Shown: piece after piece, positions 25,801 to 39,045 of the stretch
How the letters are laid out: every line of letters begins with the position of its first letter
How positions within the stretch are numbered: position 1 is the stretch's first letter
Source of the DNA: Antedon mediterranea
Lineage: Eukaryota; Animalia; Echinodermata
DNA length: 64,000 nucleotides
Direction of reading: 5' to 3'
NCBI RefSeq assembly: GCF_964355755.1
Contig: NC_092674.1
Coordinates: 19,468,001-19,532,000, forward strand
Translations under genes and position numbers: made by a program
Notes under the pieces: model-generated
Database searches by the model: none
Told to the model about the DNA's origin: nothing
The model's input: the letters and a program-made list of their open reading frames with translations, nothing else

Positions 25801-26406
25801 ACCCATGGCTGGGTAGGGTCTTCAGAAGGCGAGAAAGCTATCTATATAAGCAGATTTGAATTGTATCTACCTCCTATGTTGGGTACTTCTCATCACACAG
25901 TTGAAGTCACAGCAAAACCAAGTTTACCTAACTATTTGACAAACGGTGGAACTAAGTATATACTACCTGTTGATGGATTCAGCTGTAGATATAACGAAAA
26001 CAGTCCCAACTGTTATGACGATTTTGTAAAGAATCCATATACTTTATGCAACACAAACCCGTTGATTCAGCTATGCGTTACCTCCTATGGTTATTTTGAC
26101 AGAAAGGTTCAACCATCTATATACAATGAATGGAAAGTATCAGTCACATCTATGCCTAAGAATCAAGTTGCTCCAAAGCCCACTACTGATTTCAAGCTAC
26201 AGGTTGGTATAACTATGTGCAGACTTGACTTAGCTAACAGACGACGTCGCCACGTACAAGTGCCTTTACCACAACAAGTTAGTTTGAATAGAAACCGAAG
26301 AGGTACCCAGCATTGTTGCAGCTCGAACCAATACTGGAATGGCGCAGCTTGTACTACTTGTCCTTCTGGTTCAAGTCAAAGACAGAATGGCTATTATTGT
26401 CAGTAA
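22862..26406 (+). CDS. Uncharacterised large intronless secreted protein (~1,180 aa if the 22862 signal-peptide ORF and the 1118-aa ORF are joined by a -1 frame change); toxin-like architecture
   Basis: Signal peptide MFVVKICLLLVVFGVMSLSA; 3.4 kb stop-free frame; Cys-rich segment; coiled-coil plus hydrophobic helices; RRRR and RNRR furin-type sites; C-terminal Cys module. AG acceptor at 22828-22829 upstream of the ATG. Confidence 0.8.
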
Positions 26407-28789
26407 AGAGTGCATGACCCTGAAACCCTTCACAGAAACTAAATGTTGTGTAGTCGACTTCTTGTTGTCTGTCGTGTTTTTTCCATCTTTGTGGCCTTTT
26501 TTTTTATTTAAAAAAAAATTAACCCAAATGGTTTTTTATAATAATATTTCCTAGAATGGCATGACTTTTGTTTGATTCCTCGCTATTTGTAAAAGTTATT
26601 ACCTTTCATTAATGTTTTATTTGTTTAATATTAAGTGTTTCATAACATGAGGCCTAATTGTTTAATAACATTAATTGTTTAAAAAATATTTGATATTGTT
26701 TATTTATAATTATAATAATTGTTAAAAAATATAATTAATATTTAATAAAAAAATTACTAATTTAATAATACATGTTTAATCATAATATTCATCCCTACTC
26801 AGGATTATTAAAACTCATATCAGCTGACAATCCTATTAAAAAGACAGGACACTTATGGGATACCAAATGTTAAGAAGAAAATATTTTTTCAATCGAATAA
26901 CAACAATATAGCCCAAACAATTATATTAATGTCTAATCGTAATAATGTTGATACTTTCTCTGGTCTGACAGTTTTCATTGTTGAAAATTTAACTGCAAAA
27001 TGTTCAATTCTTCTCAATTTATTGCGTCCAGATCAATTATTGTTAATTTTGGTATTGTTTTTGTTTTTCACCCGAAAACCTTTGTTAAAGTGACAATTTT
27101 GTTGGTTTTTCTTTGGTTTGTGTTCCTTGAATAGGGGTAACACTATTAGGGGGTATAATGATTTGGATCCCGAAGGTATCCACTTAATAGATGTTCAATT
27201 GTAATTGTTGATTGATTGTAATTTACTAAATAATTAATTCATTAAGTTTAAAATGTATCACTAATTTGATTTTATAATGTCTAAAATAGATACTGTAGAT
27301 AGCACTTCTTATGGCCAATTATTATTGTGTTGTGTTCTATGCAATGTAATACTATAATCTGTTATATTGTTGCTTAACATGTTGGTTCTGTTCTGTAATA
27401 TTGCATATCAATTGTATTTTGTAGAAAAAAAATCTAAATTGAACGTTTAAAAAAGGTGTTGCGTCCTCGTACGTGAGAAGTATGTTTAGGACAAGACCAT
27501 CTTAGCCTACCAAACATCATTTTATAAGATGTGCCATTTACGATCGTATCCGCATGCATAAAGGTTTTGTTAAACTGTTGTTTCGGTTGATAATTCCAGT
27601 GAAGTTATTTGTCATTTCAGTCAAAATTTAGACCCTACGGTCTTATTTACTTCTCATTAACTATTTAACAGTTTTGTTTTGTTAACATAATGTCTCATTA
27701 TAATACGTATCTTTCTAGCTTTAATTATCGTTAAATTAAGCTTTTCGAACATTTTTTATGCATTTTAAGATTAAAGGCATTATAAAAAAAATCATTGTTC
27801 TTGTTTACTTTTACGTAAAATAAATTTTATATTTACTTTGTACATTCACTCATCCCTAATTTATTTGCAACACTGTTATAGACACAGACATCAGTTTTAC
27901 CGGTAAGGTTAATGATTGTTTGTAAGCATTTGCTCTGCACCAGTCGTCAACACGCATCGTCCGCGCTAATCGTCTGAACCAGTCGTCTGCACGAACCATT
28001 TAACTTACTTTAGGTAAAACTTACACTCGTTATTAAAATAGGCATTTGCGGAAAAACTGGAATTAGTCACAGAAAGGCATTTGGAAGATGACCTTTAATT
28101 TCAACACTTGAAAGTAACTATCCCAAATTTGTTTAAATGATATAAGTTCGTTACTATTATCAAATTTGCTTCAATTCAAAATAATTATTGATTCGAATTT
28201 GTATAGAATTAACTAAAGTACATTAAAAATAAGTAAGCCTATCAACTTTAACTTCCAAGCTACAAGGTGAATGTTACGAACCAAAAATTCCCTCTTTAAA
28301 ATCAGATGTAGGCCTAGATCAGGTTTATACGACGAGAAAACAAACAAGTTATATAGGACACATCAAACAATACAAGTTGAATTAATGTATTCGCTTAATA
28401 ATAATGGATTTTGTATACAAGGTTTCGTATTGCTGCAGCCTAGGCCTGTTAGTATTACCAATTATTGCAACATAGCCCTCACCTGTAGATTTATAGTAAT
28501 AACTTTATTTGGATTGACGATTTTGCAACAGCGGCACATGACCAATCGGTTATGCATCCTTTGTAGGCCTAATATAATAATTTATTTCATAAAAAGAAAT
28601 ATCATATCTCGTGGCCTCGCGACCAAATTTCACGTAATTTGATAATAAACATAAAAAACACAGGAAAAAACCACTCAATATAAATCAATACAATCGATAT
28701 TAACAAGGGTAAATATTTAAAAATTACAGAAAATACTTACATAGTTTTGTTAATGTTAGAGCGTAAGTCATACTTTTTAAAATGTGTAA

Positions 28790-29280
28790 CCGTTATTATT
28801 TTAAACGCCTAAATAAATTCCTATTATTTGATTGGACGATTGTGGGTCACATGGCGTACAATAGTACGCACTATTAAACGATCGTTTAATAGTATTTTTG
28901 TATACGAAGTTTTGTATTGCTGCAGCCTATGCCTGTTAGTATTAGACTAGGCCTAGGCGTTTTAGCCTTGCTAGGCCTAGGATTGTTTGTTCGTTTGTTG
29001 ACAGAATTAACACTACAGTAGGTGCATTTATAAAATCCATATAAATAATAATATTTAATATAATTATTAAAAACCAAAATGTTACTGTTTTAATTAATGT
29101 GAATCAATTGTAGGTATTTGATTCAAATGACAGGAATCTATTTAGATGTTATAAAACAAATAATGAATGTTTTATATTCGTGTATTGGTACAAATATAAA
29201 TGGCATTTGGTGAATGAAGTTATATTTCATCATTAACCTCAATTATTTGTACCGTTATACACTCATAAACATTCATTAGT
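28790..29280 (+). repeat. Interspersed non-coding repeat; inverted copy at ~43490-44865
   Basis: ATTTGATTGGACGATTGTGGGTCACATGGCGT..AATAGTACGCACTAT and downstream blocks match the reverse complement of 44750-44862 and 43560-43860. Confidence 0.7.
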
Positions 29281-31816
29281 GGAACACGGGAATTTCCAGA
29301 TTACCCTTTGGAGATTAAAGTCAAAAACAAATAAACACAGTATTTAATAGCATTCCAAAATTCTGTAAATCAATTAAAAGTAAAATAATTAAAAAGTAAT
29401 ATATTTACAAAACTTATCAAATAATTATAAAGAAGATTAAACTTTGGTTCAATAATAAAGTAGTATGAGTGGAAGAGTGTTAATTTTAAGTATAAATAAG
29501 AGATCAATAATTAAACAAATCATTAGGCCTAGAGATCAATTGGGCTCTTTAACAAACTCGTTGGCTCGGATAAAATTCAGACATTTATAATAATTAAAAA
29601 AGAAATGGATTAGATATTCGGATCCTTCATTACATAATGGAAATGTGTTATCATTGTCCTGTTGCTATTGAGAAGTAGAGCCTAATGTATTTGAGCGAGC
29701 CGTGAATTTCAATCTAGTCGTGGAAAGTTATTTACTTTAGATATTTTCCCAGGAAGTGCCCTGTACAATGGGAGGTTTTAATTACAGCTGCATCATATAA
29801 AAGTAGGCAGAATCATAATTGACTTGCACAATTTCCAGTTAAAAGTAATATCAGAACGTGACCCATTTCATTGACTGAGAATGTTTTTACTCAAATAAAC
29901 ACCCCACAACATATGCATAGAAACACAATTTGTATTATAACACATTTCTATTTGTAGTAGAACTCATTTTACTTCCATGATCTACAATATTGACCATGCA
30001 TTTTTTACTGTATTTTATCACTTTTTAATATTAATTGTGTTGTATGTTTTCATATCTAAGGGAAAATTTATTTGATTATACATGTTACCATGACTCCCCC
30101 TGAAAACCTTCCCGATTAATAAACGCGCCTTCGAAACGCATCCCCTTCCCCCTATCATAGAATTTTTGTTTGGTTTTTGGGAAAAAAAATGTTTATAAAT
30201 AGTGTATATACCATTACATAAAATACAATATTATTGTATTTAATAGAACACATTTCTATTGCAGTAGAATTAATTTGAAAAAAAAATCGGGAAAAGAAGC
30301 GTAAAAAAGAGTAAAACTTTCACTTTTGATTTAAATACATTGTTTCAGCGCCGTGCTAAATTACTTTTTATTAGAGGTCACCATTAGAGTTGCGAAATGA
30401 ATTGCCTATTTTCACCTGAAAAATAAACGCATTCTTGTCCCTGGATGTAACATGATATTGACGCGTGTATAGTATACATACTCGGCTCGAACGATTCGTA
30501 CAAAGGACACCGCCATACAACCGCGCAGGTCTACCTATTGTTTATATCGCTGGCATGCAGTCAGCATTAATAATAATATTGTAGGCCTACTGTGGTAACT
30601 GTGTAGGCCCTACTGTCTGTAGTGTACATTATAGCAACCGATTTTTTTTCTAGGCCACCCACCCAACTGTATCAATACCTATTTATATATTTAATTTCTT
30701 CAACAAATTGATGTAAATAAATATTGAGCCATAATAAGCATTAAATTTGCGCTTTTTTTCGGGGCTTCCCCTAGATGGACGTTCGCATTGAACTTGAACG
30801 CAATCAAAACTAAATACTGAGTGAATGAAATCGGCAACAAAATGTTATATCGTCCTGTATTAGTCACGTGTGTTTATTGGAGGGAAAAAGTATGATCGTT
30901 TTGCTCATTGGTAGCATGCTGCATTATTATGAGAATGTCTTTTCCTGCAAATTAGAGGTGCCATTTATCATAAATTTTATGTGCGAGAGTACCATTTCTT
31001 CCGGCCATCTGGGGCGTCATTTAACAAAGTTCTCTTTCACCACCACAGGTCCTGTCGACGGCCTTGGAAAAGCACCTTTTCCGCCATGTACGTGCAAACG
31101 CTGACTTGCACGAAACGCCCTGTTGTGACGCTTTACTCAAAATAAGCCTATAGGGAAAATGTCACTCTTTAATTAACTAGTACCTCAGTTTTCATATTTA
31201 AAATATCAATTTTTAATACATTTATTTAACGTGAGAGTGCCATTTCCGACCATCTAGAGGTTTTACATTTTCAAAATCGCCTCACCTCAGCCCCAACCAT
31301 GGTGGGGCTGAGTTGGTGTCGACACTCTACAGTTGCGCCCCCCCCCCCCTTTCACAAAATCCTGGATCCGCCCCTGTTTAATTATAAAGCTAATTGAAGA
31401 TGTGCATATTTTATTAACTAAAAATGAGTACAAAAATATATACATTTAAAATTATTATTATTTATAAATATACTTTGGTTTATTATAAATTTAATTATAG
31501 TTTATTAATGAATTATTTAGTATCAAATGAAACCTATACAATATACTACCTTGTACATATCTAGGGGTATTTATTTGATTTGAAGTTACCATATTACATC
31601 AAAAAATAATAAGCGCCGCTCTCGAATAAACGCTTCTTCCCCACGTCACGTCCAACAACAACGAACAAAACCAAAGAAGTTCTTTTATAGAGGGCGTATT
31701 TAAATTTTACGTTGATAACATAGAAGTACGACGAACACGTTTAGAAAGTAATTCAATCATTTTAAGTGCAATTTTATAATTTTTGTATATTTTTAGTCTA
31801 AAATAACCTTGGCAAT

Positions 31817-34800
31817 ATGAGTAAAACACAAAACAGATTCGATACGTAAGTAAATTATCTTTATATTCAACTTAATGATGTAGAGTGGGGCTAGCTAGCT
31901 AGGCCCTACTACTAGCCTAGCTAGAGGCCCTCTAGCCTAGTAGTAGTAGTGACTTGTAAGGCGCTCCGCTAGCTAGAGAGAGTGAGTGTACTATTGAATG
32001 TACTATTCTATCCCTACTAGGCTAGGCCTACCACTGTAGGCCTAACTTAACTAGCCCAAGCATAGGTCCATTCCGTGAGTGATAGAAAGGTGGTGGGCAG
32101 GCCTAGGTTTAACAAAGTGGAACCGAAATTGGAGGCGCTAAAATAATATTTTTTTCCCTAACTAGCCGGCTCTAGAAAGATTGATTAAGCTACCTTTTGT
32201 CTTTTGACTTTTTGAGGCTAGGCCTAGGCTATTCTGTGTGTGTTTAGCCTAAACTTTAGGCCTAGGTAGGCTAATTTCACTACAACCATGTGTATGTGAA
32301 TTTGGTGTAATGGTTATGTAACCGGCCTTTCGACTAATATTAGAACAGCAACACCAAAAACAAACGGTGAATTTGAAAAGAAATAGTTTTTTTTTTAAAA
32401 CCTGTTAGGATTTCGGCACTGGAACTCAACTGCACATTGTAACAGATTCTGACAGACACTATAACACTGAATTAATCAAGCGTTCGGTCCTCTAAACCTA
32501 GTAGGCAATGGTGGGTAAAGATGATGATGGATAAAGACGATGATGAATAAAAGACAATTTTTGAATTAAAACAATTTTTTTTTAATCGATTGCGAATTGA
32601 ACCTTCAAAACCACTAACCCCACTAAGCCAGCCAACCAGTCGGAAAAATTGGTGTTAAACTTTGTACAAGAGGTTATAAAAATGTGCATGTATGAGCAAT
32701 TTTCAATTGCGTTGATTCTGCCGGAATCCTAACCACTTTGTCTTTTAAAACTACTCGTATCAAAAAACCTGTTTTTTAAAACTACTCGTTTAAAAAAACC
32801 TGTACATTAAAAATTCAATTTCAGTTTACTTGTTACTTTAAGACTGCTCGCTGGTTTCCTATCTTTTAACACTAGCAAGTCTGAAAATAATACTAAAAAG
32901 TGGTCCAGAATTAGGGCCGCAGTCCTTGGCGGAAGTAAACAATGAAATTATGTGTAGAAATAAGTGACACAATTATTAAACATTGTTTTAAAGTTATTAT
33001 AAATATTCTAAACTATAGTATCAATCTACCTCTTCTTATCGACAAATACAACATATACCGTTTTAACAACTATTCTCTTGCCCTCCCTGACCCTTTCAAC
33101 CACTCCCCACCTCCTAGTACATTACAACATACCACAATCCAAAAACACTGTATAACTACAAACATACTATACAATACATGCATACCCAATCCCGAAATAT
33201 TCCTTACCCACCCACAAAACAAAACCACTATAAAAAAGTTGTTTTTTTTACAATCTAGTATCTATGCATATTACAAAATATATACAAAATACCTCAATAC
33301 ATGAACATACCTGCATATCCCCACACAACCTACTTAAAATGAAAAAAACATATTTTGAAATAAATTAACTTGACACACTTGTATTATTTTTTCTTTAATT
33401 TGGAAACAATTCATTTGTCCTACAGTGAAATTATACAGGGTCACAGTGCATATCACCTGATATCAGATGATAGGCCTAGTGAGTAAAAAGTTATTAATTT
33501 AGGCCTTCATAACTGGTGGCTGTGTTTCAATTGTCGACTGGCCATTTCTACTATCACAATGTCAGATAAACAAATGTTTTAAAATAAAATGTAAACCTCA
33601 ATCACTAAACCTTTATAATTAAAAACAATTTTGAATTGAAGTGTCCCATCATCTTTATCTGGAATCTAGCCTAATACCCCAGTCATGCCTGTGTTTCACT
33701 TCATTTTTTTAAGACTCGATGATGAAAATAATGGAGAAGAAAATGAAAATACCAAAGATAAAAAAGAGGATCAGGTGAAAAAGCAACAAAGTCTTGTAAG
33801 TAACTAATATTTAATATCATTAATCAGTACTGTATATTCTGATATACCTACTACTTTTTTATTTTATAAATGTACAATTAAAAAAAAAGATAATTCTCAA
33901 AATAATGGTTTACGTAAACAAACTATATATTTTTTAAACTGGTATATTATTTTTTACATTTATTACACATTGAAATCTCATTTGGATTTACAATTGTCAC
34001 CAAAAGCATTAAACTACTATTTATTTTCTGTATAATGTTGGTTGCATATGATTAAATAAAAGTTAAAATTGTCACCAAAAGCATTAAACTACTATTTATT
34101 CTCTGTATAATGTTGGTTGGATATGATTAAATAAAAGTTAAAACGCAAGATAATGAATCTAATCAATAGAAAAGAGAACATAAATCATGGTTTTTATAAT
34201 AAAAATATGATTATTAGTCATGACACTGCAATGCACAAGAAATGAGTCCAAATACACATTTACTAGAATGCAGCATAAACCAAAGATTAATACATCTTAT
34301 AAAGTAATCATCTTAACAAACACCTATATGGTCATTCCATGTCAAAAATCATCCAAAAAAGCTTCAAATTTGGTTTTTGGGTCAATTTGAAAAACAAACC
34401 CAACATTTTAAATTTATGCTTACATCACAAAAACAAATTAAAGTTATATTATTTTTTGTTTGATAACTCATTTTACAGTTTGCATACAGTACTTGAAAAT
34501 TTTGTTAGTATTTCTGTACAATACATACAAAATGTAATGTAAAACACCTATTACTATGTATTTCAAAACATCATTTATTGATCATCAATTGTTACTCTGA
34601 AGTTGTATGACCATAGAATTCTCTGAATTCTTCAGTTTCAAAATATTTGTAATTCAGGTCCTTTTGCAAAACATTTTAATTGAAACTGTTTTCACAAATA
34701 CAACCTAAACCTATGAAGTTCCAATAACAAAAATGAACAGAGATGAAAGAGTTCTCCAAAATATTTTGTTATAGACGAAACCAAAGATAAATGCAGGTGA

Positions 34801-37660
34801 CCATAAACTCCAGTTTGTTTATACTTTGTGGTTCTCAAGACGAAGTCCTGGCAACAAAGCATCCTCTTCAAATTATGAAGATAATATAAAAATGGTGGCA
34901 TCATTTGCATCAGTAAGTACTGCAATTTAAATGTCTTTGTATTGTAATTACTGTTAAAACAGTTAAAGTATAAATTTAATAATAATTTTATAATTTTTCA
35001 GGTTGAACAGTTCTGGTCATTTTACAGTTTTTTAACTCGACCTTGTGATCTTACTAGTAGTAGTGACTACCACCTCTTCAAGCAAGGAATAAAACCGATG
35101 TGGGAGGTACAAATACTATAATATAGGCCTACATTATGACTGAAATAATATCTTTTTTTTTTATCTTTAAAGCACAATTTTCACATAAAGAATGAAAAGC
35201 ACTCACCGTTTTTTAATAATACTATTAACACTTTCTTTGCCATAGGATGATGCAAATAAAACGGGGGGCAAATGGATTGTTCGATTACGGAAAGGTCTTG
35301 CCTCAAGACTGTGGGAAAACCTTATTCTGGCAATGCTGGGTGAACAGTTCATGGTTGGTGATGAAATCTGTGGAGCAGTTGTGTCAATACGATTTGCGGT
35401 TTGTTAAAGTTATTTCCTGCTGAATATAAACTTACAGTATTTTAAACACTCAAATTTGTTACCATTTCTTTCTCAGACAATTGAGCAATAGTAAAACTAA
35501 ACTGCAATGAATGTGTACATGCTGTATGCAAAAAGCTAGCTATTTCTTACTTCAGCCACACCATGAATCATATCTATATGCAGTCATGTCTAAGTTTTAA
35601 TCCTAAGAACTCATCTGAGCCTGGTCTGTGTGCTTAAATTGGATGGCTCAGAAATGCTTTGTCTTAAGAAAGAAAAGGCAACATTTATCATTGCGTGCAC
35701 AAATTATTTTACAAAATGATGAACTGATGTTTTTCTTACAATTGATATTATGTCACGATACACCAATCAAAATCAATCAGAAATCTAGGTGTAGTATTTA
35801 ATTGTCAGCACAGAATGATGAGGTTTAATCTCTCAACCATCCATATTGAGAAATGGAGTCGAGGGTCAGATGTCATACTTCTGTTCATTTTTTTTGTTGA
35901 AAATGTTTCATTAGAGCAAATAGAAATATGTGCATTCTGAATACAGGTGTTAATAAACTGTCTAGGATTAATGGTTTTCAAGATATGGGAAGACTGTAAT
36001 CTCACCCCCTTATTTGCATATTTCATTTAACTGTACTACTAATTTGCATTTAGAGATGTGTGTATCTGAGTCATTAGAGCACAAAAAGTCTCTACGGACA
36101 TTTTAGTCACATGTATGCAAACATTAAGAAATGGGGTTGTGACTTCCGGCCATTTTTTCGTAAAATGTTTCATTAAAACAAATATAAATTCTGAAATAAT
36201 CAGTGAAAAAATCAACTTTCTCTGACTAATAGTTTTTGAGATATGGTAACCTGTAATTTTACCATAATTTGCATATTCAAGCTAATTTCACTCTAATTTG
36301 CATTATTCAAGCTAAAAAATCTCTGTTTGCAATTGGTGTCACTTTAGGCTGTTTTTTTTAGATATATTGCCAAGAAAACAGAATATAAATAATATGTGAT
36401 AGTATACACATATTATAAGCATGATGTAGAATGTTTGAATATGATTATTATTTTATTATTATGCATCCGTATATGTTTTATGTTTATGCTTAGGACTACA
36501 AAGACCAGCCACTTTGGCTTCTGTGTATCTTAACCCATAAACTATATATCTACATATCTTTATTATCAATGTAATTATTGTATTTATTGTATTGAGTGTT
36601 TACCATTAAATTTTATGTAATATTTTTTTTGTAGGAGGACATAATATCTATTTGGAATAGAACAGCAAGTGATCGAACCATAACAGCACGAATACGAGAC
36701 ACATTAAAACGAGTCCTAAATCTTCCTTTAAGTACCATAATGGAATACAAAGCTCATACAGACAGCATCAAGTTAGTACAGTAAACTCTCTAGATTTTTA
36801 TTTCAGTATATTTCCCTTCTCTTTTAATTAGTCAAAATGTTTTGAGTTCAGTGTTCCCTGGGAATTTGAAGGATGACATTACACGCTGTTTATCACATTG
36901 ACAATTGAATACCTGAATTTCGGCCGTGTATGCTAGACATGGTCTTGGCGTTTGAAATGAGGGGGCTGACAGTCGGCCTATGTAGCCGAGTAATTTCCAA
37001 AAAACCAGTTGCCAAAATTGGATCAGTTAAACAGACATTTCAAAATTTTACCCGATTCTTCTGACGAAAACAAAGCTCAACTCTATCTCCAGCTCTCCCA
37101 TGATTTTTACCCTCACAAACATGGGAGAATGAAGATTGAATGGTTAGCCTCTAGAGATTCGGCAATATGATTTTGCGATGCACCTGTGACGTCACAGCAA
37201 TTTACGGCGACTACTGTACGGCGAGCGTGTGCGGCAATATCCTTAATTTCGCGATGGTTCTGAAATCATATGTACATCCCTAATACGTTGTTAAAATATG
37301 GTCCTCGGTCAAGATGCCCTTTAAGTTAAATATATTTTGTATACGAGTGGGATATTGCGTCATTGATGCACTCTGTACAGTATAGTTATACTAACATGCA
37401 TGATAGTTCTGTATCTTCAATATAGGCCAAAATTAAAATACCACACCCTATATTGCTCTATGCATTATTTTACCATCGAATAATAACATCAAAACTGATT
37501 TGCATCTATTACATCAGACCTTTAATTAATTACAATATATATCTATTAATCCAATTCAAATTCTCAGTCCATTTTGAAGTGTTTTGTCATTACTATTATT
37601 ACTATTTTTACTTGCAGAGATCAATCAAGTTTCAGAAACACAGATGTGTTTATGAGGTGA
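31817..37660 (+). CDS. EIF4E2: eIF4E family member 2 (4EHP); exons 31817-31845, 33714-33795, 34775-34912, 35002-35106, 35246-35398, 36635-36771, 37618-37660
   Basis: HKLQFVYTLWFSRR, SVEQFW, DYHLFKQGIKPMWED, GGKWIVRLRKGLASRLWENLILAMLGEQFMVG, EDIISIWN and IMEYKAHTDSIKDQSSFRNT. Tyr at the class-II diagnostic positions. All junctions are GT-AG and in phase. Confidence 0.97.
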
Positions 37661-38629
37661 TCATGGGAATATTATGATGGCAGATCATACAACAATGTAG
37701 TAAAACCATGGACCTATAAAGTAAGTTCCATGGTTAAGCTATTTAGATACATTGGTTATCTACTATTCCTTTCTATATAAAGCATTGCAATTGATAAAAG
37801 CCATGGAATGAAATATAAATGTTCCAGTGTAAAGAATCAGAGTATTAAACAGTATTTAGAATTTTATTGAACGTTTTTAAATATACAGTAGTGCTTGGTA
37901 CTTTAATATTCCATGTAAACTACCTTTCTTTTTAATCCTGCAGTGGGTGTCTTATACCTTCATTTAAAAATAGGTAATTTAAGGACCATGTACAGTGTAT
38001 CCCCTTTTTTTTTTTACAGTACTTAATTATAGATGAATAACAGTTATTCTCACTATTATATTTACATAATATTGGTATTATTAATCTATTGTTTTCATTC
38101 TTTTGTGAACCAACCAATTTTTTGTATAATAATGTTCTAGCAGGTCTTTTGCCAAAATGCTGCCAACTATTATGTATATTTTTCAAATAATATTCAGTTA
38201 TATTAATTACACAATAAACATATGAAGACTGAAAACTGTTTTTATTTCTTATAGTCTGTCTGTCATTTTATAATAACATATATTATGCTACATACAGATC
38301 ATATCGTTGTTGGACAATACAATTCACCTTCTTCCTCCCCCCCCCCCCCCCCCTTTAAAAAATGTAAACGATTTTATATGATCAAAGGGAAAGAACAAGT
38401 AATCTCAATACAAGAATATTAATTAATACCATAATTCATCGTCCTGGTGACATCTTGTATATATTGTGCGAGCAATTATGTGAAGAAATGATACACACTA
38501 ACCCTTTAGATCCATGATTTTATATTAATAAATTGTTTTATTTAATAACTACCAACTGAGTCAAAAGCATGTGTGTATTACTACGACTAAAACAACTAAT
38601 TACTTATTTTTGTATATTTATGAAACTAT

Positions 38630-38850
38630 ACTAAGTTTGCGGTACACCACGTATGTTAGTTCTAAAAAGAACTGTTGAGTTTCTCAATGTTTCGAACAAT
38701 ATGCTTTGATCGTCCTCAGGAGTGTACATTTTCTCACTCCTGAGGACAATTAAAGCATATTGTTCGAAACGTCGAGAAACCCAACAGATCTTTTCAGAAC
38801 ATACGTAACTAACATTTGATTTCGCCATGCAAATCTTCAAACAATATATA
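38630..38850. mobile_element. Penelope-like element terminal repeats in inverted arrangement
   Basis: 38630-38724 is the reverse complement of the unit starting at 38731. A third copy is at 62922-63060. The unit carries a hammerhead core. Confidence 0.7.
38731..38778 (+). ncRNA. Minimal type-I hammerhead ribozyme motif (Penelope-type), probably degenerate
   Basis: CTC-CTGAGGA-[stem II]-GAAA-CGTC-GAG: CUGANGA/GAAA core, palindromic ACGT stem III, stem I CTC/GAG. Confidence 0.6.
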
Positions 38851-38959
38851 ATATACTAGCAGATATAACATGTATAATTGATATTTTAAATTGTTTGTTT
38901 TCTAAAAGCATTACTTCTTATGTACAGTATAATGGTAGACCTAGGCATGCTCTCGATAA

Positions 38960-39045
38960 TCCTGTCCTGTAGTCCATCACCAATATCCTATCCTGTAGTC
39001 CATCACCAATATCCTGTCCTGTAGTCCATCACCAATATCCTATCC
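38960..39045. repeat. ~26-bp tandem repeat x3 immediately after the scramblase stop codon
   Basis: ATCCT(G/A)TCCTGTAGTCCATCACCAAT repeated. Confidence 0.85.

Noticed and set aside
20800-26406. The large ORF as cargo or ORF1 of the adjacent L1/Tx1
   Set aside because: It is on the opposite strand, lies beyond the truncated 5' end of a heavily decayed LINE, has its own acceptor and signal peptide, and shares no TSD or poly-A.
33992-34142. ~75-bp tandem duplication in EIF4E2 intron 2
   Set aside because: Ordinary local duplication with no structural or coding signal.
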